A DNA stretch of 64,000 nt from Callorhinchus milii. Its lineage: Eukaryota. Positions within the stretch are counted from its first letter, which is position 1. Each line of letters starts with the position of its first letter. The notes beneath the pieces are model-generated. The model worked only from the letters and a program-made list of their open reading frames with translations. It was not told where the DNA came from and searched no databases. This document shows positions 60,451 to 64,000 of this stretch, piece after piece. The position numbers and the translations under genes were made by a program. The stretch is from the NCBI RefSeq assembly GCF_018977255.1, contig NW_024704743.1:54128001-54192000 (forward strand), read 5' to 3'.

Positions 60451-62123
60451 TTGAAATTTCATGTAATCCTCCTGACATGAAAGGCACTGTATATACTGTA
60501 AGGATTATTATTTTATAATATATGATCAGGGAGTACTGTGACTGAATCCCAGGCGTGTCACACGATAAATAGCAAAATGCCACTGAATGAAACACAAACA
60601 TGAATATCAGAAATTACACGATTTCCAAACAACTTCTCAGGCATGCTCATTGGAGGGGCAAACTGAGGCATTCTTCCCACTCAGCATATGTTAACCCTGC
60701 AAGCCAAAGACCTAATGGGTAGCATGGTCTAGCTGGACAAACAGCAGGAGGCATGCCAGCCAGTGCTCTTTGGCAAGTTATGTTTTTGCTGGTTAAACTC
60801 CATGAGCACCCCCAATGAATACTTAAAGGTAACTTCAAAGCCTTGTCTCTTGCCAACCTGTGTCTAACGCTCTCACTCCAGGGAGAGTGCACATTCCGTT
60901 CCAGACATGGGATTTTCTATGTGTAGATGTTTGTGATCTAGTGATGTGACCTTTTCCTTATTTTTCTCTACATTTTCACTTGCATCTTAGATTCTTCTTT
61001 AACAAAAACAATGACTGCAGCTGAACTGAGGAAAGTAAGTGGCAGGAATAAAATCTAGTCTGTCTAATTGTATACCACGTGTGGTGCAAGAGCTTTAACA
61101 TACTAGAAAATGAATGTCTAAGGTTAATCAAATCTGCTCCCTAATAATTGTCTAAATTGGTGCTTTGAGTTCACTAATGGTAATTGTTTATTGTTGTGTT
61201 AAACTCATATCACAATATCCAGAATTCCAGTGGTACTGTTTAAAAATCCCTTTGATGATTTAAGTGTAGTTTTCTGCTCCAAAGTAATTGGGTGGAAATA
61301 TTCCCAGCACTCCAAATATAAAGCTCATTATTTATATTGATGATATTTTGGGCCCTTTCTAAAATCAAAAATAAATTTCATATATCTTGCTATTCAAAAG
61401 GTTAACATTGAAACTGCATGTTTCAGATCTGATCAACACATATGTTATACAAATATATATATAATATATGTATACATACTTGAGCAGTGTGGATAATAAG
61501 GAACATGGAGGAAAGACAAGGAAATTTGATTAAAGCATCTGCCATGATCTAATACAATGGTGGGATGAGTTGAATGACCCCATTCTGCTCCTATGGTCTC
61601 ATTTAGTTACCCAAAAATACTGCTTGCACTAGAAAGGTTTGTGCAAAATACTGTGAGATTGATCAATCTTCCAAAACAGCTTGGAGATTTGGGGAGGTGG
61701 TGTAAATGAGTGCCTTGGCTCTCAGTTTAGCACACAAATTTCAGGCAATAGCACCATATCAATCCAAATGTATTTATCACTGAACTCCCTCCATAGCCCC
61801 CCCTTCCCCCCTCATCCCGCCTAATTCCAGACATGGAATGGAATGGGCATTCTCTCACTGGAGGGAATCTCATCCAATTCTGGAAAGTATTAGGTGCAGG
61901 TTGGCAAGAGCCAAGGCTTGGGGACTCCAGAATGTGTGTTGGGGGTATTGCTGGAGTCTAACCAGCTAAAACTGCCTGGCAAACTTTCCCACCACTTGTT
62001 CAGCTAGGACTACTCTACTGTTTGGGATTTGGCTTTCAGTGTTAAAGGGGGCTAAGTGAGAAGATTCTCTGCCCCAAGTGTCTGGTCTACCTTTTCAAGT
62101 CCTGCCGAAGATCCAGCCTGTCA

Positions 62124-62665
62124 TCAACAACACCAACTTGCATTTATATAGTGCCCTTCACGCAGGGTAGTATTCCAGAGCGCTTGACAGTGGTGGAGCA
62201 CAATGCTGAGCCAGGGTGAGGGGAAGCCGACTGTAGGCACGGTTGAAGAGGAAGTTCTTCAGGTGCGACCTGAAAATGGGGAAGGAAGGGGCAAGGAACA
62301 AGACAGGAAGGAAGATTGTTCCAGAGTTTCGTGGTGTAGTGGCTGAAAGCGCAGCCACTGATGGTGGAACAGAGGGGACAAGGGACATGGAGAAGGCCGG
62401 AGCCAGTCGAGTGGAGGAAGCGGGTAGTGGGTTGGCTGGTAAGCAGGTCAGAGAGGTATAAAGGTGCCAGAGCATAAAGGGATTTGAAAATGAGTGTTAT
62501 GATCTTTAAATTAATTTGTTCAGCGATAGGGAGCCAGTGGAGCCTGGCTAGAACTGGTGTGATGGGGTTATGGAGTTTAGTGCACGTGTGTATGTGGGGG
62601 GGCAGAGTTTTGGGTTAACTGGATCTTGTGCATGGTAGAGCTGGGGAGACTGGTGAAAAGGGCAT
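62124..62665 (-). mobile_element. L2 3' fragment
   Basis: Encodes FRSHLKNFLFNRAY, with an L2 tail. Confidence 0.8.
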
Positions 62666-62894
62666 ATTAACTCATGCCAATATGCACTGAATATCTTCTG
62701 GAATTAAGTAATTAGCGTACCTAACTAATTAAGGTGCCCACTCCAGAGCAAGAGTGCACACTCCATTTTAGACATAAAGATATTGTATCAAACACCCGGC
62801 AACTGAGAAAAGATATAGACGAAGGAGTAAACCACAAGGGTCATGTATATTGTTGAATATTGTGAGATGAAGGTAGGTGAGATTCTCCATGAAA

Positions 62895-63380
62895 CAATAA
62901 CAACAAAAAACTGCATTTATATAGCGCCCTTCGCACTGGGAGGACATCTCAAGGTGTTGGTCAGTCAAGGATTTGCACCCAAACTGGGAGGGAAGATGAC
63001 CGAAGGCACAATCAAAGAGGAATGTCTTCAGATGGGCCTTGAAGGAGGCAAGGGAGAGACAAGGAAGAGGTGAAGGGTCTCCTGGATGGAGTTCCAGGTG
63101 GGTAGGGCAGAATGGCTGAAGGCTCAACCACCAATGGTGGGGCAGGGGATAGGGAACAGGCCAGTGCCCACCGAGTGGATGGAGTAGGCAGGTTGGTAAC
63201 GGGTTAGGTCGCAGAGGTAGAGAGGAACAAGACCATGAGGGCTTTAAAAGTGAGGACGAGGATCTTAAAGTTGATCCTCTGGGGGATGTGAAGCCACTGG
63301 AGCCGGCGAGGATGGATGTGATTGGCTCACGGAGCTCAGTACGGAGAGGACAGGAGCTGCAGAGTTCTGAATATTCTGCC
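62895..63380 (-). mobile_element. L2 3' fragment
   Basis: Encodes SFKAHLKTFLFDCAF, with an L2 tail. Confidence 0.8.
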
Positions 63381-64000
63381 TGCTCCCTTCACTCAGCTAA
63401 CACCGGGCCACTGCATATCCCCCAACCCAACCCCTCCACATCACCATTGGTGGCCATGTAATGTGAGGATGGTAGAGTGTGTACTCAGAAAAGAGGAGAA
63501 CAAATTGTCTGAAGGCCTTTTTCATCCAAATCAATCTTGTCATCAGGGTAATTGTTGGCTGTAAAGTTAGTTTTGGACTAACAGGCTTTGCTTGAAACAA
63601 TGACAGCCTTGTAATTTGTCAAAGTATGATATTTTGTGGCAGATCCTGTGATTTTTTTTATAAACCACAATGAGAAGCATGATTTTTCCCATAAGTAGAA
63701 TGATTCCAGCCCTATGGTATCTAACAAGTACTCTTCAACAGCACTATCAAAGAGCAATTGTTGTACCACTATGTTATTATTATTAATTGACATTCCAGTC
63801 ACTATGGACTGAATTGCAGCCAATAGATTGCCCCACACTCCATGAATCTCCACGATGGAGCATTCATTATTATCTAGTCTCATAGCTGTGAAATTCTTAA
63901 AATGACCAAGAGAATTGTTCATATTCTGTTGATGCTCCTCACTCTTGCATTGAAGGTATGCCATTGACTGACATAGGAGCCTCAGGTCTGGAATTAATGT

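Overview
Vertebrate genomic DNA, most likely from a cartilaginous fish. The L2 LINE, CR1 and tRNA-derived Deu-domain SINE repertoire resembles that of chimaeras such as the elephant shark; the species is an inference. Two minus-strand genes are present. (1) A complete six-exon SP4 gene, join(56824-56830,56360-56442,54425-55970,28507-28741,22934-23133,19649-19902), 2325 nt, 774 aa, with an Sp box, a Btd box and three C2H2 fingers, a motif-rich CpG promoter at about 56960-57200 and a long repeat-free 3' UTR. (2) The first two coding exons of the axonemal dynein heavy chain DNAH11 (6826-7050, 3797-3940); the gene continues off the left edge. This SP4-then-DNAH11 order matches human 7p15. The rest is densely filled with nested L2, CR1 and SINE copies, one hAT MITE with an 8-bp TSD, and an unclassified ~450-bp A-tailed repeat family. 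The most notable observations are: an SP4 uORF whose stop codon is created by splicing; a (TG)n/G-run acceptor in front of SP4 exon 3; a strong GC and Ala-Pro-Gly shift confined to exon 3; a CAC/CAG repeat and G4-type minisatellite at the DNAH11 promoter; and a strong strand bias of L2 copies. No prokaryote-type system (CRISPR etc.) is present. Repeat boundaries are approximate.
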